Positions 46,656 to 54,585 of a stretch of DNA of 64,000 bases are shown here, piece after piece. The first letter of the stretch is position 1. Each line of letters begins with the position of its first letter. The notes under the pieces are model-generated. The model was not told the origin of the DNA and ran no database searches. It saw only the letters and a list, made by a program, of their open reading frames with translations. A program made the position numbers and the translations under genes. This DNA is from Clostridia bacterium (GTDB taxonomy: Bacteria; Bacillota; Clostridia; Oscillospirales; CAG-272). Where the stretch lies: positions 13,256 to 77,255 of the forward strand of contig JAFTPX010000009.1 of the NCBI GenBank assembly GCA_017463065.1, written 5' to 3'.

Positions 46656-47057
46656 TTGGAAGCATTAGAAGCGATCAAGACCGTAGCAACCACCATCACC
46701 GCCTTATTGGCGGTTTTGGCGGTTGTCTACGCTGTTATCAAATGGTTTCAAAAGCAGGGACAGCAAACTGTTGACATCGAAGCGCTGAGGAAACAGCACG
46801 ATGAAGACATCAAGCGACTTGAAGAAACTCACAAAAAGGACATCGAGGAATTGCGGAGTTATCACGACAAGGACATCAAGACGATCCGCGATGAACATTC
46901 CAAGGCGTTAAGAGAGATCAACGAGGAATTGTGCATTTTGAGCTACGCTATGCTTGCAACCCTAAACGGCCTGCAACAGCTTCACTGCAACGGCGACGTT
47001 ACGAAAGTATACGACAGATTGGAGAAGCACCTCAACCAAAAAGCACACGGGCAATAA
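46656..47057 (+). CDS. BhlA/UviB-like holin-type protein (N-terminal TM helix plus coiled coil)
   Basis: TTG 46656 follows AAGGGGGA. TM segment TTITALLAVLAVVYAVI, then a charged heptad region. Lies before the holin and endolysin genes. Confidence 0.5.
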   Translation: MEALEAIKTVATTITALLAVLAVVYAVIKWFQKQGQQTVDIEALRKQHDEDIKRLEETHKKDIEELRSYHDKDIKTIRDEHSKALREINEELCILSYAMLATLNGLQQLHCNGDVTKVYDRLEKHLNQKAHGQ

Positions 47058-47077
47058 CCGATAGGAGGCGATCTACC

Positions 47078-47338
47078 GTGAAAAAACCCGGAGTAATGGA
47101 TATTGTCCTCATTTTCATTGCCGTTTCTCTCGTTGTTTTTACGGTGGTTATGATACGGACCTTTTGGCTTTACGGAGCGATCCCGGACACCCTATGCACC
47201 TGCGTGTTCGGTGTACTCGGGACGGAGTGCGGCGCAATGGCGTGGATCAAAACCACAAAAGAGCGCCGCCGGGAACGCAAGTGGGAGCTCGAAGACCGCG
47301 ACCACGAAGAAAAACGAGAGGATAACAAAAAACAGTAA
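47078..47338 (+). CDS. Holin (two TM helices, highly charged C-terminus)
   Basis: GTG 47078 follows AGGAGG (alternative ATG at 47096). C-terminal tail KERRRERKWELEDRDHEEKREDNKKQ. Directly upstream of the endolysin gene. Confidence 0.6.
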   Translation: MKKPGVMDIVLIFIAVSLVVFTVVMIRTFWLYGAIPDTLCTCVFGVLGTECGAMAWIKTTKERRRERKWELEDRDHEEKREDNKKQ

Positions 47339-47350
47339 AGGAGAGATATT

Positions 47351-48208
47351 ATGGCAGGAAAGATCACTACCGCCGCTCAACTCGCCCAAAGAGCGAAAGA
47401 AGTGGCACTTTACTACAAGACATTGTACGTCAAAGGGTGCTTCGGCTCACCTATGACGAGTGAAAACAAAGACCGCTACACACGAAACCACGAATACAAT
47501 ATGCAGACCGTCAGAACCGCGATGATCAAGGACGCAAGCTCCAATACCTTCGGCTTCGACTGCGTTTGCCTTATCAAAGCCTTGTTGTGGGGTTGGATCG
47601 GCGACAAATCCGCAAGATACGGCGGCGCTACCTACAAGAGCAACGGCGTTCCCGACATCAACGCAGACGCTATGATCAAGGTGTGCAAGGACATCAGCAC
47701 CGATTTCTCCTCCATCGAGGTCGGTGAAGCGTTATGGAAGCCGGGCCACATCGGCATTTACATCGGCAACGGCCTTGCCGTCGAATGCACTCCCGCATGG
47801 AAGAACGGCGTACAGATCACCGCTTGCAACTGCACCAAGAGCGGCTACAAGCGTCAGAATTGGACGAAACACGGGAAGCTACCCTATGTAGAATACAGCG
47901 TTCCTGCGTCCTCTGACGCGCCCACAGCCGCCGCAAAGACGGTTGAGGAGATCGCAAAGGAAGTCCTCGCCGGAAAGTGGGGCAACGGATCTGACAGGAC
48001 CAAGAGGCTGACCGCCGCAGGGTACGACCCGAAGGAGATCCAAAAGGCCGTCAACGCAATGTGCAAGCCCACCCAAAAGAGCAACACCGAGATCGCCAAA
48101 GAGGTGATCGCCGGAAAGTGGGGCAACGGATCTGACAGGACCAAGAGGCTGACCGCCGCAGGGTACGACCCGAAGGAGATCCAAAAGCTCGTAAACAAAC
48201 TGCTGTAA
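47351..48208 (+). CDS. Endolysin: NlpC/P60-like cysteine peptidase domain plus two CW_7 (Cpl-7-type) cell-wall-binding repeats
   Basis: FGFDCVCLIK (Cys) and GHIGIYIG (His) in the catalytic domain. Two copies of IAKEV.AGKWGNGSDRTKRLTAAGYDPKEIQK.VN. Confidence 0.85.
   Translation: MAGKITTAAQLAQRAKEVALYYKTLYVKGCFGSPMTSENKDRYTRNHEYNMQTVRTAMIKDASSNTFGFDCVCLIKALLWGWIGDKSARYGGATYKSNGVPDINADAMIKVCKDISTDFSSIEVGEALWKPGHIGIYIGNGLAVECTPAWKNGVQITACNCTKSGYKRQNWTKHGKLPYVEYSVPASSDAPTAAAKTVEEIAKEVLAGKWGNGSDRTKRLTAAGYDPKEIQKAVNAMCKPTQKSNTEIAKEVIAGKWGNGSDRTKRLTAAGYDPKEIQKLVNKLL
47967..48187 (+). repeat. 80-nt perfect direct repeat, period 141 nt (47967-48046 = 48108-48187)
   Basis: Base-by-base comparison of the two CW_7-encoding segments. 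Confidence 0.9.
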
Positions 48209-48220
48209 AGGAGATCACCC

Positions 48221-48679
48221 ATGAAAGAAATGATTTTCGACGCACTCCAACTCATCATCACCGCCGCCGTTTCCGTCGGGACCGCTTACCTCGTAGCCTT
48301 CCTCAAAAAGAAGGCGGCACAGGCGGCGGTACAGACCGAGAACGAAACCGCAAAGCGTTATATCGAAGAGATCGAAAACGCCGTCACCACGGCTGTCATT
48401 GCGACCTCGCAGACCTACGTAGACGCGCTGAAAAAGGAAAACGCATTTACCCCCGAAGCACAGAGCACAGCATTGAAGAAGGCGTACAACACGGCCCTCG
48501 CAATGCTTTCCGCTTCGGCGATGGATTTCGTGAAGAACGTTTACGGCGATCTTGACGAATTCTTGACGGCAAAGATCGAAGAAGCCGTCCGCGTACAAAA
48601 GCAGAGCGAACCCCTCTTGCTTTCCGAAGTACCCGCATTGCCTTGGGCGATCTTTGAATCATCCGAGGAAGCAGAATAA
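48221..48679 (+). CDS. LL-H-family-like holin / membrane protein (putative)
   Basis: An N-terminal TM helix (LQLIITAAVSVGTAYLVAFL) is followed by a long helical tail ending in ..IEEAV, as in LL-H holins. Position after the endolysin gene. Confidence 0.45.
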   Translation: MKEMIFDALQLIITAAVSVGTAYLVAFLKKKAAQAAVQTENETAKRYIEEIENAVTTAVIATSQTYVDALKKENAFTPEAQSTALKKAYNTALAMLSASAMDFVKNVYGDLDEFLTAKIEEAVRVQKQSEPLLLSEVPALPWAIFESSEEAE

Positions 48680-48684
48680 CGCAA

Positions 48685-48723
48685 GCCCCTCTATCATCAC
48701 GGTAGAGGGGCTTTTCTTTTTTT
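48685..48723 (+). terminator. Intrinsic terminator ending the late operon
   Basis: gcccctcta pairs with tagaggggc (9 bp), followed by ttttcttttttt. Confidence 0.85.
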
Positions 48724-48950
48724 GCCTAAAACGCAGAACACGCACGACGCGCTGAAACGCCCTGCAAGCGATTTTTGTTTCCAACGGACAAGTTTAAGGG
48801 CAGACCTCGAAACGCGCCGCAGACACGCCCAAGCGACGCAAGGCGGGGCAGAGCAGGCGCAAGAGAGACCTCGATGCCGATTTTCGTGATATTTTGCGCC
48901 GAAAATGAATCTTTGTGGTAGATTATTGGCAGTATACTTGGAGGTTAAGC

Positions 48951-49349
48951 ATGAAAAGATTATTTTTCCTTTTTACAATCGCCCTTTTGTTGGTTTCGCT
49001 ATGCTCCTGCGGAGGAAAGCCGGAGAACACGAGCGACGCCATGTATCAGATCGGACTGAACGCCCTTTCCGTCGCAGACGAATACATCAACGGAAAGATC
49101 ACAGCAGACGAGGCTCACAGCCGGTTGAAAGATATAGAAGAACTTGCGGACGCGCAGTACGAGAGGTGGTGCGAGGAATTCGGGACAGAAACCCTCGTCG
49201 GAACGAAGTACGAAAACGACTCCGGCATATATTTTGAAATAGCGATACTCGAATTAAAAATCATGGGGGCCAAGCACTCGTTCGACACTACCCCATTATC
49301 CGAAATCATCGAAGCCCGCGACGATCTCGAAGAGCAACTCGGGAAGTAA
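48951..49349 (+). CDS. Putative secreted lipoprotein (moron-like)
   Basis: Signal peptide MKRLFFLFTIALLLVSLCSCGG with a lipobox-like Cys. Bracketed by its own terminators. Confidence 0.65.
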   Translation: MKRLFFLFTIALLLVSLCSCGGKPENTSDAMYQIGLNALSVADEYINGKITADEAHSRLKDIEELADAQYERWCEEFGTETLVGTKYENDSGIYFEIAILELKIMGAKHSFDTTPLSEIIEARDDLEEQLGK

Positions 49350-49397
49350 GAGCACCCGGGACGCGCCTTAGGAACAAACAATACCATAAATGCCCCC

Positions 49398-49431
49398 AAC
49401 CGCCCCACATAAACGGGCGGTTTTCTTTTTT
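49398..49431 (+). terminator. Intrinsic terminator
   Basis: aaccgccc (49398-49405) pairs with gggcggtt (49415-49422), followed by ttcttttttg. Confidence 0.85.
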
Positions 49432-49538
49432 GCTCCGATCCGCGTCACACAAAAGCAACATATTTTCGTATTTGCGGGGTTATTTACCATTTTTCGGCAA
49501 AAAGTTTGAAAAAAGTTGAAAAATTTTTCCAAAAGGGG

Positions 49539-49567
49539 TTGACATTGCCCCAAAAAGGGGCTATAAT
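49539..49567 (+). promoter_or_regulatory. Consensus sigma-A promoter (TTGACA - 17 nt - TATAAT) with an A/T-rich upstream tandem AGTT(T)GAAAAA x2
   Basis: ttgaca at 49539-49544 and tataat at 49562-49567. The -35 element is flanked by the repeated element aaaagggg. Confidence 0.8.
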
Positions 49568-49622
49568 ATAGTCAAGAAAACAGAAACGACCCAATACGTG
49601 ACACACGAAAGGAACACAAAAG

Positions 49623-49787
49623 ATGAAAAAGAATGCGAAAAAGATGGGTTACAAGGTAATTGATGAATTCGGTATTGATATTGCTTCGATGGTATACGTC
49701 GAATGCGAAAACAATGAAGTGGTACGGGTTATCGACGAATTTGATATCGACATTACAAGACGTGTTCGTATCGAACGTGCATATTAA
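49623..49787 (+). CDS. Small (54 aa) protein with an internal duplication (VIDEFGIDI / VIDEFDIDI), below the track cutoff
   Basis: Hand translation: MKKNAKKMGYKVIDEFGIDIASMVYVECENNEVVRVIDEFDIDITRRVRIERAY. First ORF after the consensus promoter. GAAAGGAA RBS. Confidence 0.4.
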   Translation: MKKNAKKMGYKVIDEFGIDIASMVYVECENNEVVRVIDEFDIDITRRVRIERAY

Positions 49788-49816
49788 GCCAACCGACGAA
49801 GAAAGGAACAACGGAA

Positions 49817-50113
49817 ATGAAAAGAGAAATCAGAAACGCAATCGCAAAGGCAATCAAGGACAGCGAGCTCAACGGCTACAAGTGGACGATCACCGAGAAC
49901 GGACTCCGTTGGTCTTACCTTTCGGAGAACGACGGGGAGTTCACCTTCGACGAAAATTATGAGGCCGAGTTCTTGGTCGTTCACGGACCCTATTGCAAAA
50001 TGGCCATGATTTGGTTCAGCGAAAACGACCGCTTCGCAGACTGCAAGACACTTACCGACGCTTACTACTTGGCAACCAAAGCCACCATTCGCAAAGCCAA
50101 CAGCATTTATTGA
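49817..50113 (+). CDS. Hypothetical protein
   Basis: 98 aa. AAGGAACAACGGAA upstream. Confidence 0.5.
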   Translation: MKREIRNAIAKAIKDSELNGYKWTITENGLRWSYLSENDGEFTFDENYEAEFLVVHGPYCKMAMIWFSENDRFADCKTLTDAYYLATKATIRKANSIY

Positions 50114-50125
50114 GGAGGCGCAAAG

Positions 50126-50446
50126 ATGAAATACGAAATCAATTTTGACAACAACGCGGCAGAAAAAACGTTCCTTGACTTGTACCACAGCATCGCGTGG
50201 TCAGAGCGCAACTTCGAGGACGGCGATCTCGTTAGGAACGTCGGGTGCACCGCAACCTTCGAGGCTCACGTACAATTCCTTAGAGCATACGGAGCAAAAA
50301 CAGAAACCGGCACGTACAATGACAACGGCTTCCTTAGAATCGGTTACGCAAGCATCAACGGACACGAGTTCGTGAAGAACGGCAAGCTCAACGCAAAGGA
50401 ATTAAAGGACGCGCTTTGGGAAATCGCACACCCCGAGGGCAACTAA
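50126..50446 (+). CDS. Hypothetical protein
   Basis: GAGGAGG RBS. 106 aa. Confidence 0.5.
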   Translation: MKYEINFDNNAAEKTFLDLYHSIAWSERNFEDGDLVRNVGCTATFEAHVQFLRAYGAKTETGTYNDNGFLRIGYASINGHEFVKNGKLNAKELKDALWEIAHPEGN

Positions 50447-50463
50447 AAGAAAGGAAACGGGAA

Positions 50464-50985
50464 ATGGAACTTCAATTCATCAAGATCGATAAGAACGGCA
50501 CGAAGATTTACCACGATTGGACTTGCCCCCGCTGTGGAGGCGCCGGGGAAAGCGAAGCGTGGGCGCACACGGGCCGCACTTGCTACGAGTGCGAAGGAAG
50601 CGGCAGACGTCACAAGCCCGCAATCGTTAAGCATTACACCCCCGAACACGAAGCGAAATTGAATGCCAAGAGAGAAAAGCGGATTGCCGAAAGAATCGAA
50701 AAGGCAAAAGTCGAGGACTACCCCAAAGCGTTGAAGAGAAACGGCTTTGGCGAGGACGGAGTCGGATATGTCTACACGGGCAACACATTCGCTATCAAAG
50801 ACGAATTGAAGGCGGGTGGCGCAAGATTCAGTTTCGCCCTCCATTGGGTAAGCCCGAAACCGATTGCCGATTTCCCTTGCATTGAGATCCGGGCAACAGA
50901 TGTTATAGATTGGTTTCACAGCCGTTACGATTTGAGCAATCCGAAGTGCGAAGCGTGGCTCGCGGAACACGGCATTGAATTTTAA
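50464..50985 (+). CDS. Protein with a DnaJ-type CxxCxGxG zinc-finger pair
   Basis: CPRCGGAG and CYECEGSG in the first 55 residues. ATG 50464 follows GGAAACGGGAA. Confidence 0.55.
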   Translation: MELQFIKIDKNGTKIYHDWTCPRCGGAGESEAWAHTGRTCYECEGSGRRHKPAIVKHYTPEHEAKLNAKREKRIAERIEKAKVEDYPKALKRNGFGEDGVGYVYTGNTFAIKDELKAGGARFSFALHWVSPKPIADFPCIEIRATDVIDWFHSRYDLSNPKCEAWLAEHGIEF

Positions 50986-51042
50986 GCAGGAAAAGAAAAA
51001 GGGGCGGGGAAACCCGCCCACAATGAAGAAAGGCACGTTGAC

Positions 51043-51273
51043 ATGAAAATCGAAATTTACAATGTGCACTTTTGGGCGACGCAAAGGCAAGGAAACGGCA
51101 AGGAGCGCAGAACGCTCCAAACGGTACACATGCCGCGGTTCGACGCGGTAACCCGCAAGCACATCACGGAAGAACAACGCATCGAGAAAGGCACGCAGGC
51201 GCTCACAGCCGAAGGCTTCTACGACATCGAATACGGAAGCACAGTAGCAGACGAATTGATCGTCACTCATTGA
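51043..51273 (+). CDS. Hypothetical protein
   Basis: 76 aa ORF. Confidence 0.45.
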   Translation: MKIEIYNVHFWATQRQGNGKERRTLQTVHMPRFDAVTRKHITEEQRIEKGTQALTAEGFYDIEYGSTVADELIVTH

Positions 51274-51299
51274 AAAGAAAGGAAGGAGAGGTAAGCAAA

Positions 51300-51521
51300 A
51301 TGGAAAATAAACTCAAAGCACTTGAAGGTAATTGGTACGGCAAGCTGAAGGACATCTTTGCAGAGCTCAACGAAATGGGAGTTGACTTTTACGAAGTAAA
51401 CAGCGAATACATAACAGCCGGATATAACGACGGCGACGAAGCGGTGCGACTGCTGATCAGACTCGGCGGCACTCCGAACACGATCATCATCAACTCGGTA
51501 GAGGAAGTTTACAGAGGGTAA
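51300..51521 (+). CDS. Hypothetical protein
   Basis: ATG 51300 follows GGAAGGAGAGG. 73 aa. Confidence 0.45.
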   Translation: MENKLKALEGNWYGKLKDIFAELNEMGVDFYEVNSEYITAGYNDGDEAVRLLIRLGGTPNTIIINSVEEVYRG

Positions 51522-51532
51522 GGAGGCACACC

Positions 51533-51934
51533 ATGACCTACATGGAAATTCAAAACGAGGTCGTTAAGAAGTACCGCATCGACCTCTGCGACGGGACAAG
51601 ATGCAAAGACGGAGATTGGAGCAGAACGCACGCACACGTCAAGAAGCGCAGAGTTTGCAAATGGAAACAGGCGAACAGCATTCAATCCACGTTTACCCTG
51701 TTTCATGAGATCGGGCACATCGAAGCAAACATGTCGTGGATGCGGCGGGCGGAGCAAGAGTACAGCGCAACCGCTTGGGCGATTGAGGAGTGCAAGAAAT
51801 ACGGCATCGAAGTCCCCGATAAAATCATCGAAGCGTACCAACGTTACATCGACGATGAAAAGGCAAGAGGCATACGCCGCGGAGGTAGCGGCTACGCAAA
51901 ATTGAACCTCAGAACATATTACGCAAAAAAATAA
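51533..51934 (+). CDS. Small HExxH zinc-metallopeptidase-like protein (ImmA/IrrE-like?)
   Basis: LFHEIGHIE motif with downstream Glu residues (AEQEYSA). AAGGAGG RBS. Confidence 0.5.
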   Translation: MTYMEIQNEVVKKYRIDLCDGTRCKDGDWSRTHAHVKKRRVCKWKQANSIQSTFTLFHEIGHIEANMSWMRRAEQEYSATAWAIEECKKYGIEVPDKIIEAYQRYIDDEKARGIRRGGSGYAKLNLRTYYAKK

Positions 51935-52022
51935 CGGCGATTCTTCCCCTACCACAGATCGGAATCGCCGTTATACCACAACGCTCACGCCCGGACGCTA
52001 TGTCCGGCAGAGCTTTATTGCG
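51925..52022 (-). ncRNA. Candidate ~95-nt minus-strand small RNA, the only convincing minus-strand transcription unit in the prophage
   Basis: A minus-strand promoter TTGACG-17-TATAAT, an internal hairpin ccggac/gtccgg, an 11-bp terminator stem aacggcgattc/gaatcgccgtt and A+T7. No ATG-initiated ORF lies inside. The ends are approximate. Confidence 0.5.
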
Positions 52023-52028
52023 ATCTGC

Positions 52029-52057
52029 ATTATACCGCAAAACGGAGATCCCGTCAA
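52029..52057 (-). promoter_or_regulatory. Sigma-A-type promoter on the minus strand (TTGACG - 17 nt - TATAAT)
   Basis: The complement of cgtcaa at 52052-52057 and of attata at 52029-52034. The spacer is exactly 17 nt. Confidence 0.6.
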
Positions 52058-52137
52058 GCAAGAATTTGGGAAATCGCAAAATATCGTCAGTTTGCACAAA
52101 ACCGATAACGATATCGAAAAAATATTCGGCACAATTA

Positions 52138-52166
52138 TTGACATTCGCCCGTACAATAGTTATAAT
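52138..52166 (+). promoter_or_regulatory. Consensus sigma-A promoter (TTGACA - 17 nt - TATAAT), divergent from the minus-strand promoter
   Basis: ttgaca at 52138-52143 and tataat at 52161-52166. Confidence 0.8.
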
Positions 52167-52184
52167 TAACTCACGCTCGAGTGA

Positions 52185-52400
52185 ATGAAGCCTACACAGA
52201 GAGGAGGTGCGATCATAGAAGCAAAAAAGAAAATGGGACGACCTACAGAGAACCCCAAGACCCGCCGTTTGGAAATCAGACTTTCGGAGAGCGAAAACAA
52301 GATGCTCGACGAATGCGCCGAAAGAGCCGAAAAGAGCCGGACGGAGATCATCGTTCTGGGCATCGAGTTAGTCCACAAAGAAGTACATAAAACGAAATAA
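52185..52400 (+). CDS. Ribbon-helix-helix (CopG/MobC-like) DNA-binding protein
   Basis: GRPTENPKTRRLEIRLSESENKMLDECAERAEKSRTEIIVLGIE has the RHH pattern. The alternative start is ATG 52233; the start is uncertain because the transcript start is predicted at ~52173. Confidence 0.55.
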   Translation: MKPTQRGGAIIEAKKKMGRPTENPKTRRLEIRLSESENKMLDECAERAEKSRTEIIVLGIELVHKEVHKTK

Positions 52401-52542
52401 CGGATAACCCCGCGCTCCCAAAGCAAAGATTATCCGTTCCACCGGAACGCTCGGATGAGCGTCACCAATTTCATCATATCTCAAAACGGATCGTTTTTCA
52501 AGAGCGACCGTTACATCTTGTAACATCGAAAGGAGTATCCCT

Positions 52543-52815
52543 ATGCAAAGAAACAACGACGTTATCATCAAAGCAAGCGAAAGAGAGGCACACGCCATCG
52601 CAGACAGCCCGCAGGCTGAAACAATCAAGGATCAGATTGACATTTCGTCTTTAGACGAAGCGGAAACAGAATTTGCGGATCTGCTGAAACAGATCCCGGA
52701 CGCGGACCTTCGCCATAAATTCGATATGGCCGTAGGGAGAATTTCATTCGCATACGAAAGACTTGGATTTGTGCAAGGATATATTTCAAATCGCTTGCTC
52801 AACTGCAATACATAA
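52543..52815 (+). CDS. Hypothetical protein
   Basis: AAAGGAG RBS. 90 aa. Confidence 0.45.
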   Translation: MQRNNDVIIKASEREAHAIADSPQAETIKDQIDISSLDEAETEFADLLKQIPDADLRHKFDMAVGRISFAYERLGFVQGYISNRLLNCNT

Positions 52816-52917
52816 TTTTTTTACGCAAACGCGACGCAAGGCGGGTCAATCCCGTTCCACGTGAAACGCAATTTGACCCGTATCGAAACCAAACCACACC
52901 TACAAGGAGGAATAACA

Positions 52918-53349
52918 ATGAACAGCTACACCACGATGAAAAAGAAGCACCAAGAGGAGGTCAACGCTTTCCCAATGTTCTTTGCATTCAGCAAGGAACA
53001 GCTTTACGAGGGAATGGAAAAACTCGGCCTCGACAAAAAGGATACCGACAAACTCGGTAGCATCGGCGCAGGCGGTTACATTCGCAAGGCCGATAAGGAA
53101 AGCTTCAAAGCAATGTTCGCCCGCCACGAGGAAGAACGCCAAGCCGCAATTCAAGCAGACAGCACCGGGGACGGGTTCATCTTCGATATGTTCCTATGCG
53201 AGCTTGACGATCACGAATACGGGTACATAGGCGACATCGAGGACACCCTCAACGCGCTTGGAATCACGGAAGAGGATTTCGTGAACAACCCGAGGCTCGT
53301 CCACGGGCTCGAAGCCGCCGCGACAGCAATCGATAGCAGGAGGTATTGA
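52918..53349 (+). CDS. Hypothetical protein
   Basis: ATG 52918 follows CAAGGAGG. 143 aa. Confidence 0.5.
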   Translation: MNSYTTMKKKHQEEVNAFPMFFAFSKEQLYEGMEKLGLDKKDTDKLGSIGAGGYIRKADKESFKAMFARHEEERQAAIQADSTGDGFIFDMFLCELDDHEYGYIGDIEDTLNALGITEEDFVNNPRLVHGLEAAATAIDSRRY

Positions 53350-53350
53350 C

Positions 53351-54019
53351 ATGGAGATCAAGATCACAGTAGAACGCCGCAGAGCGTCCGTCACGCAGGG
53401 AGAGGCGGTAGTCCTTATAAACGGGACACCCGCCGCCACCTTCGGCGATACAATCGAAATGGTTGCGCCCGGCGAAAAATACTACGGGGAGCTCATTGGC
53501 AATTGGGCGAGTAAAACGCCCGACACGCAATTCATTCTCGGCCTTCTCGCTCACCCTTACGAAGAGATCTACAAGCTGTGCGAAAAGGCCCATGAGATTA
53601 TCGAAGACGAAAAGAAATGGGAGGAAGCGGGCGCAAAGGTCGCCCCTACCCCGCTTGAAGCGATTGCACAGAAACACGGGTGGCCCATGAAGATCAAGGC
53701 CCGCGGAGAGATCGCATACCTCTTCGGCGTTCAGCCGCTCGTGGACGGGCTCGAAGATCCGATCTACCGCTTCCCCGGTGGCGACAGCATTGTGGGCAGA
53801 GACGAAATGATACCGTACACGGGACAGGAGAAGAAACCGGCCGTAACAAACTACGAAAAAATTGCGTCTTTCAGCCTCGACGAAATGCACGAATTCCTTG
53901 TATCGATTTACGCAAGATTGAGCACGCGAGGAGAAATACTGAATTTACCCTGCGTACACGGGCTTTCTTACAATGAAACGATCAAAGTGTGGCTCGAAAG
54001 CGAGGCGACGCAGGAATGA
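53351..54019 (+). CDS. Hypothetical protein
   Basis: 222 aa. Starts 1 nt after the upstream stop. Confidence 0.5.
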   Translation: MEIKITVERRRASVTQGEAVVLINGTPAATFGDTIEMVAPGEKYYGELIGNWASKTPDTQFILGLLAHPYEEIYKLCEKAHEIIEDEKKWEEAGAKVAPTPLEAIAQKHGWPMKIKARGEIAYLFGVQPLVDGLEDPIYRFPGGDSIVGRDEMIPYTGQEKKPAVTNYEKIASFSLDEMHEFLVSIYARLSTRGEILNLPCVHGLSYNETIKVWLESEATQE

Positions 54020-54165
54020 AAAAATATGCAGTATACGGGAAAGACTCGGCCGGGGAAATGGTCCTCCTCGCAAGGGATCTTACGACCGTTGAAGCGAAAA
54101 GAACAGCCGCGGCGCATTGGGTGAACACCGGGCGCACCGCCGTCATAGTAGAACAGGAGGAATGA
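54016..54165 (+). CDS. Small (49 aa) hypothetical protein, below the track cutoff
   Basis: Hand translation: MKKYAVYGKDSAGEMVLLARDLTTVEAKRTAAAHWVNTGRTAVIVEQEE. ATGA overlap with the upstream stop. Confidence 0.35.
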   Translation: MKKYAVYGKDSAGEMVLLARDLTTVEAKRTAAAHWVNTGRTAVIVEQEE

Positions 54166-54167
54166 GC

Positions 54168-54323
54168 ATGGTAATAGGAGAAGTAGTTGAAATTTTAATC
54201 GGTATGCGGAAACGCCGGGACGTACTGAGCCGGGAGGAGGAAGCGATCATCGAGGCTTGCAACCTCCTCGACCGCCTCCCACGTTTGGCAGAGGCTACGA
54301 CCTACGAACCGCGGCAGAAATAG
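54168..54323 (+). CDS. Small (51 aa) hypothetical protein
   Basis: ATG 54168 lies 7 nt after AGGAGG. Confidence 0.35.
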   Translation: MVIGEVVEILIGMRKRRDVLSREEEAIIEACNLLDRLPRLAEATTYEPRQK

Positions 54324-54580
54324 TTTCCGAGGATTTCCGGGGAGAAAAGGTTGGTTTTCGGGGAGAAAAAGACCGAAAACGATTTTTAGAGCAAAAACCG
54401 CACGTCATTTTCACCATCATGCGCATCATCAATGACATCATTTCACTCAAAAAGACGTTATGCAGAAATTTCGTTTTCGACCCGAAAACCCCTCCTCTGC
54501 GGGATTTCCGACCCGAAAACCCATGTTTCCGGAGAGAAAAAACCCGAAAACTCCACGTCAACGGGATTTCCGGGGAGAAC
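54322..54580. repeat. Iteron-like array: 6 copies of CCGAAAAC (either orientation) and 5 copies of TTTCCG (3 within GGATTTCCG)
   Basis: CCGAAAAC or its complement occurs at 54354, 54373, 54473 (7/8), 54482, 54513 and 54544. GGATTTCCG occurs at 54331, 54502 and 54564. TTTCCG also occurs at 54324 and 54526. Inverted pair gttttcg-acc-cgaaaac at 54473-54489. Confidence 0.75.
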
Positions 54581-54585
54581 CGGCC

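Noticed and set aside
45-46699. Many long minus-strand ORFs in the track, for example 45..1055, 3601..4779, 10570..11712, 22012..23052, 24624..25898, 25927..26991, 34473..35945, 39271..40563, 40937..42142 and 45773..46699.
   Set aside because: Each one is fully antisense to a + strand gene that carries clear family motifs. The translations are Arg/Gly/Val-rich and low in complexity. None has an RBS or a start context. This is typical shadow-ORF behaviour in GC-rich coding DNA.
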